A program made the translations under genes and the position numbers. From an uncultured Bacteriovoracaceae bacterium (GTDB taxonomy: Bacteria; Bdellovibrionota; Bacteriovoracia; Bacteriovoracales; Bacteriovoracaceae): a DNA stretch of 64,000 nt. The DNA lies in the NCBI GenBank assembly GCA_964012805.1, contig CAXGUD010000008.1, forward strand, positions 32,001-96,000, in the 5' to 3' direction. Position 1 is the stretch's first letter. Each line of letters opens with the position of its first letter. Of this stretch, positions 46,609 to 56,547 are shown one piece after another. The notes under the pieces are model-generated. The model was not told the DNA's origin. It ran no database searches and saw nothing but the letters and a program-made list of their open reading frames with translations.

Positions 46609-48039
46609 ATGAATAGTTCTCAGAAAATACGAAGAGTTTTTGACCCAATTTACGGATTTATTAGTTTAACCCCTGTTGAATGGGAGATCATACATTCTCC
46701 TTTTTATCAAAGGTTAAGGTGGATTAAACAACTTGGTTTCTCCTTCTATCTTTTTCCGGGGGCAGAGCACTCCCGCTTTGGCCATTCAATTGGTGTTATG
46801 CATAATGCACATAAGATACTTGAGTCATGCGGAAAAAGTGTTCCTGAAAGGGATCTAATGTCTTCAACTCCGAAGAATAAGGACGTTGAGTTTCATCAGG
46901 CAATAAGGCTAGGTGCTTTAATGCACGACCTGGGAACTTTTATGTTCTCACATACAACGGAGATGGCCTACATAAAGTTTGGTGAAACAACTAAAATAAA
47001 AAATGGGAAAGGGCTTGCTGATAACCATGAACATTTAGGTTCTTTTATAATTAAAAATACAGACTTTAGAAATGGCATAACGAATATTCTTAAACAGTAT
47101 GGGCATGATCCTCAAAAGATATCAAATTTAGTTAAGGGAAATTCACCAAGTGTATTGGCCAACCAAATACTCCACTCGGAGGTTGATTGTGATAGAATGG
47201 ACTATCTGTTAAGGGATGCCCATTATACTGGATTGAAATATGGTACTTACGATAGGCATTACCTCCTTCATCACTTCAAAAAGGAAACTGTGAGTGGACA
47301 GGAAATACTAACTATCAAAGAAAATGCAGCTCATTGTGTGAGTGACTTTCTTTCCTCTAGATTTAATTGGTACTCTCAAGTTATTAGGTCTCCCAGGGGA
47401 GCTAAATATGATGCTATAGCAGAAAAGATTTGTTTTCATCTGTTGGAAGCTGGTGAAATATTCAAATATAGTGATTTGCTGAATCTGATCGTCGATTCAC
47501 CCGAGTTCTTTTATCAGTTTAATGATAGCTACTTTATAAATAAGGTGCACAGTTGTTATATGTCAGGGAAATTTGATAAGTTTCCTGATATAAAAGATAT
47601 GGCATCAACTCTTTTGTTTTCTAGAGGGGCGAAAACAATTAAGACCCCAGAACTTAGGCAAGTCCTTCTTAACCAGGATGACTTCCAAAAAAACCATAAA
47701 GTTTATAAAAAAGTCCGGAGCAAAGTTGATGAACTGATTAACTTTATAGCTAAAAAGGGTGATGTGAGGGATTGGATTATCCCTGATTTACCAACAAAAG
47801 AGATTACCTTCGTAAAATCTTATAATAAAATTGTTAAGGATAAGGAAGGGCCTAATCTTCTTCTGGAGAGAGACCCCGTAAAAATAAGCTTTGAAAATGG
47901 GGATATAAAGTTATTAGCTGAAGTAGAAAACTCAATAATTTCGAGCTTACAAAAAACCAATAACTATATTCCAAATGTCTTTTGCTCTTATTCTGCATAC
48001 GATCTTTTAAGAAAAGAAGGTTTAATTGAAGAAGATTAA
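46609..48039 (+). CDS. HD-domain phosphohydrolase, SAMHD1-like dNTP triphosphohydrolase family
   Basis: DPIYG, QRLRWIKQLG, HSRFGHSIG, HDLG, FSH, DRMDYLLRD. Confidence 0.88.
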   Translation: MNSSQKIRRVFDPIYGFISLTPVEWEIIHSPFYQRLRWIKQLGFSFYLFPGAEHSRFGHSIGVMHNAHKILESCGKSVPERDLMSSTPKNKDVEFHQAIRLGALMHDLGTFMFSHTTEMAYIKFGETTKIKNGKGLADNHEHLGSFIIKNTDFRNGITNILKQYGHDPQKISNLVKGNSPSVLANQILHSEVDCDRMDYLLRDAHYTGLKYGTYDRHYLLHHFKKETVSGQEILTIKENAAHCVSDFLSSRFNWYSQVIRSPRGAKYDAIAEKICFHLLEAGEIFKYSDLLNLIVDSPEFFYQFNDSYFINKVHSCYMSGKFDKFPDIKDMASTLLFSRGAKTIKTPELRQVLLNQDDFQKNHKVYKKVRSKVDELINFIAKKGDVRDWIIPDLPTKEITFVKSYNKIVKDKEGPNLLLERDPVKISFENGDIKLLAEVENSIISSLQKTNNYIPNVFCSYSAYDLLRKEGLIEED

Positions 48040-48157
48040 CACCACCTTGTGATCAAAGCCTTTCTTTTCTATTCCACTTCCCCTAAGATATAAATAGGTT
48101 TCTTTTTTTTTAAAAATCTGGTGTAAACGACCTTCTATCTTTAGGGTCCTTTGAACG

Positions 48158-48850
48158 ATGCATTTACAAACTGGTACATCACATCGAAATAACTTTTTGA
48201 GAGGTGGAATTCTTCTGACTCTTGAGAACCTGTCCGCTACCTTTGGTCAAAAAAAGGCCCTTAGTAAAATAAATTTGAAAGTTTCCAAGGGGGAAATGCT
48301 TTTTGTGACTGGAGCATCCGGAGCTGGAAAAACAACTCTCTTAAGATGCATTGCAGGTGAAGTAGAGCCGACTAAGGGAAGGGTAAATGGGCCAGAGAGG
48401 AATGTTTTTATTTCTAGAGTTTTTCAGGATTTGAGGCTTATTCAAGACCTCAGTGTTTGGGAGAACTTAAGGTTGTCTTTCGATTCTTTAATTTACAAAA
48501 ATCAAAAGGAATTTAGTGAGGAAGCGGGGCAGTTATGCAGTTTTTTTTCTGTAAAAGACCGTTTGAATGATAAGGTTATGAATTTGAATGGAGGTTTGAA
48601 GCAAATAATAGCACTAATTAGATCTCTTCTAAGTAAACCAGAGTTAATTTTGTTGGATGAGCCGACTAGCTCTTTAGATACAGAGAGTGCTTTGAGAGTA
48701 TTTGAAATTCTTGAAAAATTTAATGAAAAAAGTGGTCTAACTTGTATTTGGGCGACCCACAATAGAGATCTTGTAAAAAAGTTTAATGGTAATATTGCTT
48801 ATTTAGATAAAGGCAAATTAATTTATTCAGGACATGCATGTTTTATCTAA
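48158..48850 (+). CDS. ftsE: FtsE-like ABC ATPase
   Basis: GASGAGKTT, VFQDLRL, LLDEPT, ATHN; precedes ftsX-envC-ctpA. Confidence 0.8.
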   Translation: MHLQTGTSHRNNFLRGGILLTLENLSATFGQKKALSKINLKVSKGEMLFVTGASGAGKTTLLRCIAGEVEPTKGRVNGPERNVFISRVFQDLRLIQDLSVWENLRLSFDSLIYKNQKEFSEEAGQLCSFFSVKDRLNDKVMNLNGGLKQIIALIRSLLSKPELILLDEPTSSLDTESALRVFEILEKFNEKSGLTCIWATHNRDLVKKFNGNIAYLDKGKLIYSGHACFI

Positions 48851-49629
48851 AAGAATTTTTTAAATGTTTTCAATCAAACCCCTTTAAAATATTTTGCTTA
48901 TGCATTTCTTCAATCTTACTTGGGTTATCAGTCACTCATAAGGATTTTATTCAGATAAAAATAAAAGAAAGGTTCTCGGAAGAAATTGTAACTCCTCACT
49001 TTTATGCCCTTCTTTCAAAAAAAATTGATCTAAAAAAAATGAAAAATAAATTGGGGTCTTTACCTGGAATCAAAGAAATAAATTATTTAGATGGAAAAAA
49101 GATAAAAAAAAAGGTTAATAAAGAAGTTGGAGCTTTAAGACTTAATAATGTTCTTTTTAAGAAGAATTATACTGCTCTAAAAGTATTATTTGATTATGAT
49201 CTACCTTTGGAAGGTCAAAATTTAATCAAAAAGTATTTAAGTCGGTATGTCGGCGGAATAGATATTGTTATTGGAAAAACAATTGGAGAAAAGAAATATA
49301 AAGATAGAGTTACTAAAGAAAAAATTAAAATAACGAAAATATATTGGGGAGCAGTCTTCTCACCGCTCCTAATTTATTGGATCATTTCATTTTTTATTTT
49401 TAGTAAAGGAATCTGGAAAAAAAGTTATTTGATAGAAAATTTTCAAAGAAAGAGAAATGTTCACCTAAAAATACTCCTTTCAGGCACTTTATTTCTTATA
49501 ACTATTATTATGACTTTTTCTGTCATAAAAAAAGGTTCAGGGCTGCTTGGTTTTTTACTTTTAACGATACTCTTTTTAGCTTTATCAATCCTTGCTAACT
49601 TTCAATATAGAGAGAAAAAATGGATGTGA
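48838..49629 (+). CDS. ftsX: Divergent FtsX-like permease
   Basis: TM1, periplasmic domain (LPGIKEI), 3 further TMs; synteny. Confidence 0.65.
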   Translation: MFYLKEFFKCFQSNPFKIFCLCISSILLGLSVTHKDFIQIKIKERFSEEIVTPHFYALLSKKIDLKKMKNKLGSLPGIKEINYLDGKKIKKKVNKEVGALRLNNVLFKKNYTALKVLFDYDLPLEGQNLIKKYLSRYVGGIDIVIGKTIGEKKYKDRVTKEKIKITKIYWGAVFSPLLIYWIISFFIFSKGIWKKSYLIENFQRKRNVHLKILLSGTLFLITIIMTFSVIKKGSGLLGFLLLTILFLALSILANFQYREKKWM

Positions 49630-50639
49630 TAAAGAATATGGAAAAGGCATTATTTTTCTTAGTGATCACCATTTCATGCTTAGGGTTTAGCAATGCTGGC
49701 AAAGCAAAAAATAAAATTAATAACGTAAGAAATAAATTGTACAAACAAAAGAGTGAAATAGACTATTTAAAGATAAAGTTTAAAAATCTAAAAAACTCCC
49801 TTGATGACAACAATAAAAACTTCTTGAAGATTCAAAAAAAGAAAGCATATATCGAGGCATCTCTCAGTAAATTAAAAAATGAGTTAGATGGTAATGAGAA
49901 AATTTTAAAAGAAAAAATAGTTGATGTACGGAAGAATTTTTCAAGCTATATCTTGTCAGAATTGGAAAATAATCAAGATTTAGAGTTCTTATTAAAGAAA
50001 AGAGATAGCCACATTGAATTAAAGAAAAAGATGGAGGAGATTAATAAAGATATAAGCTTTAATATAAATTTAAAGAATGAAATCAAAGATTTAATTTCCA
50101 AATTTGGTCAATACGACAAAAAGCAAAATGATCTTATATCTATATTAGTGTCTTTAGAAAAAGAAAAAAAAGAAGTAAAAGGAAAGTATCGATCAATTCT
50201 GAAGAAAAAGAGTGTCCTTAAAATTAAATTGAATCAGCTAAAAAATAAAGGGTCTATTCTACTTGGTAAATTAACGATACCAATAAAAAACTATTATAAA
50301 TTAAAACCCAAATCAAAAGGAATTAATTTCTTTTATAAAAAAGAAGGAGTTCTTTTATCTCCTGGGAAGGGCAGAATTATTTATTCAGGAAAGCTTTCAA
50401 CTTATGGTGATGTTATAATTATTGATCACGGTCATAAGGTTAACACTGTACTTTTGGGAGAATTCTCAAATGTTTTGAAAAAAGGAAATGATGTTAAAAA
50501 GGGCCAGAATATAGGATTACTTAAAAAAAGTTTAAAAAACTCGAGCCTTTATTTCGAGGTAAGAGAAAAGGGAAAAGTTAAAAATGTGATGGCGTTTTTA
50601 AAAAATAAAAATCTAAAAAGAAAGAAAAAAAATATTTAA
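49620..50639 (+). CDS. envC: EnvC-like murein hydrolase activator
   Basis: Signal peptide, long coiled coil, degenerate LytM (KGINF, YGDVIIIDHG, LYFEVR). Confidence 0.78.
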   Translation: MDVIKNMEKALFFLVITISCLGFSNAGKAKNKINNVRNKLYKQKSEIDYLKIKFKNLKNSLDDNNKNFLKIQKKKAYIEASLSKLKNELDGNEKILKEKIVDVRKNFSSYILSELENNQDLEFLLKKRDSHIELKKKMEEINKDISFNINLKNEIKDLISKFGQYDKKQNDLISILVSLEKEKKEVKGKYRSILKKKSVLKIKLNQLKNKGSILLGKLTIPIKNYYKLKPKSKGINFFYKKEGVLLSPGKGRIIYSGKLSTYGDVIIIDHGHKVNTVLLGEFSNVLKKGNDVKKGQNIGLLKKSLKNSSLYFEVREKGKVKNVMAFLKNKNLKRKKKNI

Positions 50640-50651
50640 TATGAGGTTGTA

Positions 50652-52049
50652 ATGAAGGTATTTTCTATAAAAAATATAAAATTTTTTCTAATTTGGCTTT
50701 TCGTATTTTTTATTCCTCATTCATCATATAGTTCAGATAAGAGTAAAATGAGTCGATTTGAAAAATTAGAGCTATTTAATAAAGTTTTGTATTTGGTGGA
50801 GTCTCAATACTATAGACCAGTAGATTCAGAAAAACTAATTGAAGGTGCAATTAAAGGTATGATGAATACCTTAGATCCTCATTCTGCTTATTTGGGAAGA
50901 GATATTTTTTCTAAGGTTCAAGAAGAAACCAAAGGAGAGTTTGGAGGCCTTGGGATTGAAGTAACTCAAAAGGATGGAATGATAATTATTATTACCCCAA
51001 TAGAGGATACTCCTGCTTTTAAAGTAGGGCTAAAATCAGGCGACAGAATTGTAGAAATAAATCATGAATCAACTATTGGGTTAAATCTAGATCAAGTTGT
51101 TGAAAGAATGAGAGGGACTCCTAAAAGTAAGATAATTATTGGTGTCGTTAGAGATGGCGCTGATGGTGTAAAACGATTTACCATCGTTAGAGAAATAATT
51201 AAAATTAAGCCTGTTAAGTCCTATGTTTTAGATGAGCACTACATATGTATAAGGCTGACTCAATTTCAGAAAAACTCCTCAAAAATGATTGAAAAGGCTT
51301 TGATTAGATTAAAAAAAGGTTCAGTAAAAAACCAAAAGCTTAAAGGTATTATTTTAGATTTAAGGGCCAACCCTGGAGGTTTACTGGAAGAAGCTATAAA
51401 CCTATCGTCTCTTTTTTTAAAAGAAGGCCTTGTTGTTATGATCGAAGGAAAAGATTCAAAGAATAGGGAGAAAAGATACGTAAAAAAAGGTGGCTTTAAA
51501 AACTTGGATACACCGATTGTTCTTTTAATAAATGGGGCGAGTGCATCAGCTTCAGAGATTGTAGCTGGCGCCTTGCAGGACCAAAAGAGGGCAGTCCTAA
51601 TGGGGAGTCGCTCTTTTGGTAAGGGCTCAGTACAAACAGTTGCAAAAATAGACGATGAGAAGGGAGTTAAACTGACAATTGCTCAATACATGACGCCAAG
51701 TGGTAAGAAAATACAGGCAATCGGAATCGACCCTGATGTTGTTGTCGAGCAGTTAGATAATGCATGGAGAGGCATGGCCAAAAAAGGTAATTTCATTAGA
51801 GAAAAAGACCTTAGGAATCACTTAACTGCTACTATCGAAACTGAAAATGAAAAAATAGAAAGGGAAAAAAGAGAAAAGTCAGAGAGAATAGAAAGAGTAA
51901 AAAAATTAAATATTAAAAAAAGGCTTAAAAAAATACAAAAAGAATCAAAAAAGAAAGAATTTGTTTATAGGAAATATAACCCACAGGACGATTTTCAGGT
52001 GATGCAAGCACTAAATTTTCTAAAAGGTGTTGCTAAATTAAATAATTGA
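50652..52049 (+). CDS. ctpA: Carboxyl-terminal processing protease (S41A)
   Basis: LDPHS, PDZ GLGIEV, DLRANPGG, SASASEI, FGKGSVQ. Confidence 0.95.
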   Translation: MKVFSIKNIKFFLIWLFVFFIPHSSYSSDKSKMSRFEKLELFNKVLYLVESQYYRPVDSEKLIEGAIKGMMNTLDPHSAYLGRDIFSKVQEETKGEFGGLGIEVTQKDGMIIIITPIEDTPAFKVGLKSGDRIVEINHESTIGLNLDQVVERMRGTPKSKIIIGVVRDGADGVKRFTIVREIIKIKPVKSYVLDEHYICIRLTQFQKNSSKMIEKALIRLKKGSVKNQKLKGIILDLRANPGGLLEEAINLSSLFLKEGLVVMIEGKDSKNREKRYVKKGGFKNLDTPIVLLINGASASASEIVAGALQDQKRAVLMGSRSFGKGSVQTVAKIDDEKGVKLTIAQYMTPSGKKIQAIGIDPDVVVEQLDNAWRGMAKKGNFIREKDLRNHLTATIETENEKIEREKREKSERIERVKKLNIKKRLKKIQKESKKKEFVYRKYNPQDDFQVMQALNFLKGVAKLNN

Positions 52050-52067
52050 TTAGACATTGTTACGCTT

Positions 52068-53345
52068 ATGAAAACTTTAACTGTATCTGAAGCTGTTTTA
52101 AGCGTTAAAAATGTATTAGAGAAAGAAATAGGTTACCTTCTAATTCAAGGTGAAGTTACAAATTTGAGTAGCTCTGGCGCCGGGCACTATTACTTCTCCT
52201 TAGCCGATTCTGAGTCAATTCTTTCCGCGGCTCTGTTTAGAATGGACGCTTACAGAAACCCATCCTTAAAAAACCTTAAGTCAGGTGATAAGGTTGTTTG
52301 TTATGGGCGCATAAATGTTTACCCAAAAAAAGGAACTTTCCAGTTAATTGTTAATAGAATAAATCCAGTTGGAAAGGGGGAGCTTAAGGAAAGGTTTGAG
52401 CGTTTAAAGATGAAATTGTCTAGAGAAGGACTTTTTGATGTCGACAAAAAAAAATCGATTCCTCGCTTTCCTAAAAAAATAGGCTTAATAACTTCTAGAG
52501 AGGGAGCTGCAGTTCAGGATTTTCTTAAAGTTTATAAAAGAAGATCATTATGGGGACATGTTGTAGTAAGTCCTGCTTTAGTACAAGGAGAAAAGGCTCC
52601 ATCAAGTTTGAGGAAGGCTCTTGAGAAGCTGATTCGTTATGATTTTTCTCTACCTGAAAATGAAAAATTTGATGCTCTTATTTTAACGAGAGGTGGTGGA
52701 AGTTTAGAAGACTTATGGGCTTTTAATGATGAAGCTTTAGCTTGGGATATATTTAATTGTCCTATTCCAATTATAAGCGCTGTTGGGCACGAAGTAGATT
52801 TTACTATTTCAGATTTTGTTTCCGATTTTAGGTGTGAAACACCCTCAACTGCTGCTGAGCTTTTGTCTGAAGGGCAAACTCAAATTAAAAGGCAATTGAT
52901 GTATTTTTCTAAAAGCCTTTTATCTGCAATAGAAACTAAATTAATAACTCTGAAAAGAAAGACTGAAAGAAGTTCTCCATCGGCTATTTTAAGGGAAATA
53001 TGGAAGTTATTTAATTTTTATGAAAGAAAACTTCAAAAATTTGATTTAAAAAATAGACCTTTTGAGCTTTTGAAGATGTATGAGAAAAATCAAAGGTTAG
53101 ATGAATTACAAAACGCACTTGAGAAAACTATTGAAAAAGAAATGGCCACAAAAAATAATTTTTTAGAAAAAGTTTTTGAGATGTTAAGGTTACTTGATCC
53201 AAGCAATATTTTAGGTAGAGGATATACCTATTTGATTTCTAATAAAAAAGTCGTGAGTAATTACTCTCAATTTGATAAGATCAAGAGCAATGAACCCCTT
53301 GAGATCGTTTTTAAAGATGGTAGGGGGAAAGTAAAAAAAAGTTAA
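52068..53345 (+). CDS. xseA: Exodeoxyribonuclease VII large subunit
   Basis: GHYYFSL, RGGGSLEDLWAFNDE, SAVGHEVD, TPSTAAE. Confidence 0.96.
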   Translation: MKTLTVSEAVLSVKNVLEKEIGYLLIQGEVTNLSSSGAGHYYFSLADSESILSAALFRMDAYRNPSLKNLKSGDKVVCYGRINVYPKKGTFQLIVNRINPVGKGELKERFERLKMKLSREGLFDVDKKKSIPRFPKKIGLITSREGAAVQDFLKVYKRRSLWGHVVVSPALVQGEKAPSSLRKALEKLIRYDFSLPENEKFDALILTRGGGSLEDLWAFNDEALAWDIFNCPIPIISAVGHEVDFTISDFVSDFRCETPSTAAELLSEGQTQIKRQLMYFSKSLLSAIETKLITLKRKTERSSPSAILREIWKLFNFYERKLQKFDLKNRPFELLKMYEKNQRLDELQNALEKTIEKEMATKNNFLEKVFEMLRLLDPSNILGRGYTYLISNKKVVSNYSQFDKIKSNEPLEIVFKDGRGKVKKS

Positions 53346-53347
53346 TA

Positions 53348-54313
53348 ATGAGGTCATTTTTAAGAAGGTGTCATGTGAATCTCTCAAAATTTTATATGCT
53401 TCTTTCTCTTTGCCTTTTTTTTTCATGTTCTCGTTTTGATGTAGAAGAAAGAGACTTTTCGAAATCAAGTCAAATAGATTCTTTTGAACATGTTCCTGAA
53501 GTAATCAAAAAAATAAGAGAGAAAAAGGTCATCAGGTTTAAAACTAAAAATTTAGAGATTAGACCCGGAGAAGTTGTAAGGCTTGATTTAAAAAATACTC
53601 CTGTTTCAGACCTAGGTAAAATTAATTGTAAAGATAAGGAAGTGCCTTTTATTAAGACTGGAGAGACCATTACTTTTTACGTTTCAGAAAGTTATTTTTC
53701 TAATTTTAAACCATTTAGTTGCGAATATCTTTTAGATGATAATCCAAAAATTAATCTGGTAACTTTTGAAGTGAAGTCAAAAAAATTTCCTTTTGAAAAA
53801 TTAAATGTCAATAAGAGGAAGGTTTTTTATTCTAAGAAAGATTTGAAGAGGATTATAAAAGAGAAAAAAGAATTAGATAATATTTATAATAATGGATCAA
53901 AAAAACCTTATTTTAAAAAACCATTTAAAATTCCTTTAAGATCAAAAGTAACTAGCATTTATGGTACAAAGAGGTTGTTTAATAACAATAAGAAGAGTCA
54001 GCATTTAGGAACAGATTATAGAGCAAGAATAGGGCATCCTATTAGGAGTTCTAATTCAGGTATGGTTGTTCTTTCTAAAAATCTATTTTTTTCAGGTAAT
54101 ACAGTTATCTTAGATCATGGCATGGGAATTTTTACTCTCTACGGACACCTTTCGAAGTCTATTGCCAAATTGGGGCAGTTTATCGATAAAAATGGTCTTT
54201 TAGGAGCTGCAGGTATGACTGGAAGAGTAACAGGTCCACATCTTCATTGGGGTGTTAAGGTTCATGGAAAATGGGTCGATGGTAACTCTCTAGTTAATCC
54301 AATAAAAATGTAG
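53348..54313 (+). CDS. M23 metallopeptidase, probable lipoprotein
   Basis: FFS-C lipobox; HLGTD, DHG, YGHL, TGPHLHW intact zinc motifs. Confidence 0.9.
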   Translation: MRSFLRRCHVNLSKFYMLLSLCLFFSCSRFDVEERDFSKSSQIDSFEHVPEVIKKIREKKVIRFKTKNLEIRPGEVVRLDLKNTPVSDLGKINCKDKEVPFIKTGETITFYVSESYFSNFKPFSCEYLLDDNPKINLVTFEVKSKKFPFEKLNVNKRKVFYSKKDLKRIIKEKKELDNIYNNGSKKPYFKKPFKIPLRSKVTSIYGTKRLFNNNKKSQHLGTDYRARIGHPIRSSNSGMVVLSKNLFFSGNTVILDHGMGIFTLYGHLSKSIAKLGQFIDKNGLLGAAGMTGRVTGPHLHWGVKVHGKWVDGNSLVNPIKM

Positions 54314-54323
54314 GAATGCTTTT

Positions 54324-54698
54324 GTGTCAAACTTACTGTCAATTACAACCGTTTTCATCGGAGGAGGCTTAGGAGCATTATTGAGATGGAGTTTGAGCTC
54401 TATTGTAAGTAATCATTTTAAGATTTTTTGGGCAGGTACGCTTTTTGTCAATTTACTGGGATCACTTATCTTCTTTCTCTTATCAAAAATAGAACTGCCA
54501 TCTTTTCCAATAAACTTGAGTTTAGCATTAAAGACAGGCTTATTAGGCTCTCTTACAACCTTTAGTACCTTCTCTTATGAAATAATCAGTCTATTTAGAG
54601 ATGGAAAAATGTTAGAAGGGCTATTAGTCGCTCTATTAAACCTCTTATTTTCCATTCTTATGGGAGTTTTGATTTTTAAAGATGATATTCTTATCTAA
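54324..54698 (+). CDS. crcB: Fluoride channel Fluc/CrcB
   Basis: GGGLGALLR, GTLFVNLLGS, GLLGSLTTFSTF. Confidence 0.93.
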   Translation: MSNLLSITTVFIGGGLGALLRWSLSSIVSNHFKIFWAGTLFVNLLGSLIFFLLSKIELPSFPINLSLALKTGLLGSLTTFSTFSYEIISLFRDGKMLEGLLVALLNLLFSILMGVLIFKDDILI

Positions 54699-54722
54699 AA
54701 CTTTGCAAGGCAAAAAGATCTT

Positions 54723-56063
54723 CTAATAGATATACTCAAGAGGGAAGTTAAAATCATTTTGTTTAACCGATGAAAAAGAGTCTAGCTTTTCTAATAACTC
54801 AGTACTTTCTGCGAGGCTAGCTCCATCAAAAAGCAGAATGTTTTCTGAGTTTTCAATGTTTTGTTGAATTAAGTTCATTAGAAAAGTTTTTATTTGAGGA
54901 TCTATCCCATTTTTTTTATGTTTATTTTTTTTAAATTTAGCATATTTTGATTTTGCATATTGAAGCAGCTTCTTCTTATGGCCTGGATATCTGAATATAA
55001 GCCCTGACTTTTTATGTAGTGAAAATAATGGATAGACTATAAATTGTTCGGGAACCAAATGTCTTATGACTAAGAACTTACCTTTAAGTTCATTTTGTGG
55101 GCGTTTTTTTGAGCTTTCGTTAAGAAATTCGTTTTCTAATAGATTTAAAATTTCAGTTTTGAGCTCATTTTTAAACTTTGAAAATATACTAGAAAAGGAA
55201 ACAATGGCTTCAAACAACGTTCCAAAAAGTTTTATCGTGATGACTTCCCATTCTAGGGTATTAAGTTTCTCGATGAGAAGGTCTTGCTCTTTTGGTGAGT
55301 TTGCACAAGGGATGGAGAAAAGAATGATTCCATTTTTTCCCTTAATGCTAATAAGAAAGGGCATTTTAATCTCTGACAAATCTTTTTTTATCTGATTTCT
55401 AGGTATCTGTTTTTTTATATGGATTTTATCAAGTTCAAATTTATTTCTAGGGTAATAAAGGTGATTTACTTTCGTTATTCCCTTTTTAATAAAGATGTTG
55501 AGGAAATGAATTAATAGTTCTGCTGTTGCGAGAGCATCATCTAAAGCTCTGTGGGCTTTTGCATGTTTAATCGCGAAGATTCGGCTCATATAATTGAGGT
55601 TCGAGTTCAGTAGGTTTGGTATAAGATTTTTGGTCATTAAATTTGTACATATACTTCGGTTTTTCCTTTCCGGTAAATTAAGTCTCCGTAAAACTGAATT
55701 GAAGAAAGGGACATCAAAAGAAGTATTGTGTGCCACAAGAACTGAGTTACCCATAAAGTCTAGGATATCTTGAATAACTTCATGTATTTTTGGGCAACTT
55801 TCGACATCACTTTGACTTATAGAGGTTAGTTTTTGGATAAAGTCCGGTATTTTAATTTCAGGGTTTATGAGAAAGTGCTTTTTTTTAATAATTTTTAGGT
55901 TTTGTATTTTAATTAAGCCAATCTCTATTATTTTATCGTGGTTATGGTTGCCACCAGTAGTTTCTAAATCAAAAACACAGAAGTCGATCCCTTTTAATAA
56001 GCTTATTGAATGTTCTTCTAGGACAGCTGGGTGGTGGTCTTCAAAAATTCTTTGTTTTTCCAT
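54723..56063 (-). CDS. DEDDh 3'-5' exonuclease (DnaQ-like) with long C-terminal extension
   Basis: VFDLETTG, VAHNTSFD, HRALDDA. Confidence 0.88.
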   Translation of the reverse strand: MEKQRIFEDHHPAVLEEHSISLLKGIDFCVFDLETTGGNHNHDKIIEIGLIKIQNLKIIKKKHFLINPEIKIPDFIQKLTSISQSDVESCPKIHEVIQDILDFMGNSVLVAHNTSFDVPFFNSVLRRLNLPERKNRSICTNLMTKNLIPNLLNSNLNYMSRIFAIKHAKAHRALDDALATAELLIHFLNIFIKKGITKVNHLYYPRNKFELDKIHIKKQIPRNQIKKDLSEIKMPFLISIKGKNGIILFSIPCANSPKEQDLLIEKLNTLEWEVITIKLFGTLFEAIVSFSSIFSKFKNELKTEILNLLENEFLNESSKKRPQNELKGKFLVIRHLVPEQFIVYPLFSLHKKSGLIFRYPGHKKKLLQYAKSKYAKFKKNKHKKNGIDPQIKTFLMNLIQQNIENSENILLFDGASLAESTELLEKLDSFSSVKQNDFNFPLEYIY

Positions 56064-56138
56064 ATTGAATATGTCTGCATGTTACAATTCTTAAGTGATA
56101 TTTTACAAGCTTCTTAACAAAAATTGGATAGGGAAGTA

Positions 56139-56540
56139 TTATTCCTTTGAGTGATATGTGTCTGGTGTATATGCTAAGGGCATTAAATCCTTAAATTTCA
56201 TAGTTGTTTCCTGCCCTTTTTCATCACCAATGATGACCTCTAGATTTTCGTCGGCAAACTCACTCATTACTTGTCTGCAGAAACCACAGGGTGGCCAACC
56301 TTGCTTTGTATAGATGTAGACCTTTTTAATTCTTTGTTCACCTTCAGAAATGGCTTTCCAAATAGCAACTCTTTCAGCGCAAACAGTTCCACCAAAGCTG
56401 CTATTTTCAACATTACAGCCGTAAAAGTAACTCCCTGAGCTTGTTAGAATGGCACTTCCAACTTTGGCCTTGGAGTAGGGAGAGTGAGAGTTTTGAGATG
56501 CTTTAATTGCTAATTCACGGAGCTTTGAGTTTTGATCCAT
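56139..56540 (-). CDS. cdd: Cytidine deaminase
   Basis: SPYS, GCNVEN, CAERVA, PCGFCRQ; ATG 56540. Confidence 0.95.
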   Translation of the reverse strand: MDQNSKLRELAIKASQNSHSPYSKAKVGSAILTSSGSYFYGCNVENSSFGGTVCAERVAIWKAISEGEQRIKKVYIYTKQGWPPCGFCRQVMSEFADENLEVIIGDEKGQETTMKFKDLMPLAYTPDTYHSKE

Positions 56541-56547
56541 AACTGGT

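Noticed and set aside
46609..48039. Defence-island interpretation of the HD hydrolase
   Set aside because: Neighbours are housekeeping genes; no mobile or defence genes nearby
49620..50639. Missing zinc ligands in the M23 domain as a novelty
   Set aside because: Expected for EnvC
52068..53345. xseA without xseB
   Set aside because: The two genes are often unlinked
54314..54323. Fluoride riboswitch before crcB
   Set aside because: Only a 10-nt gap and no recognisable aptamer
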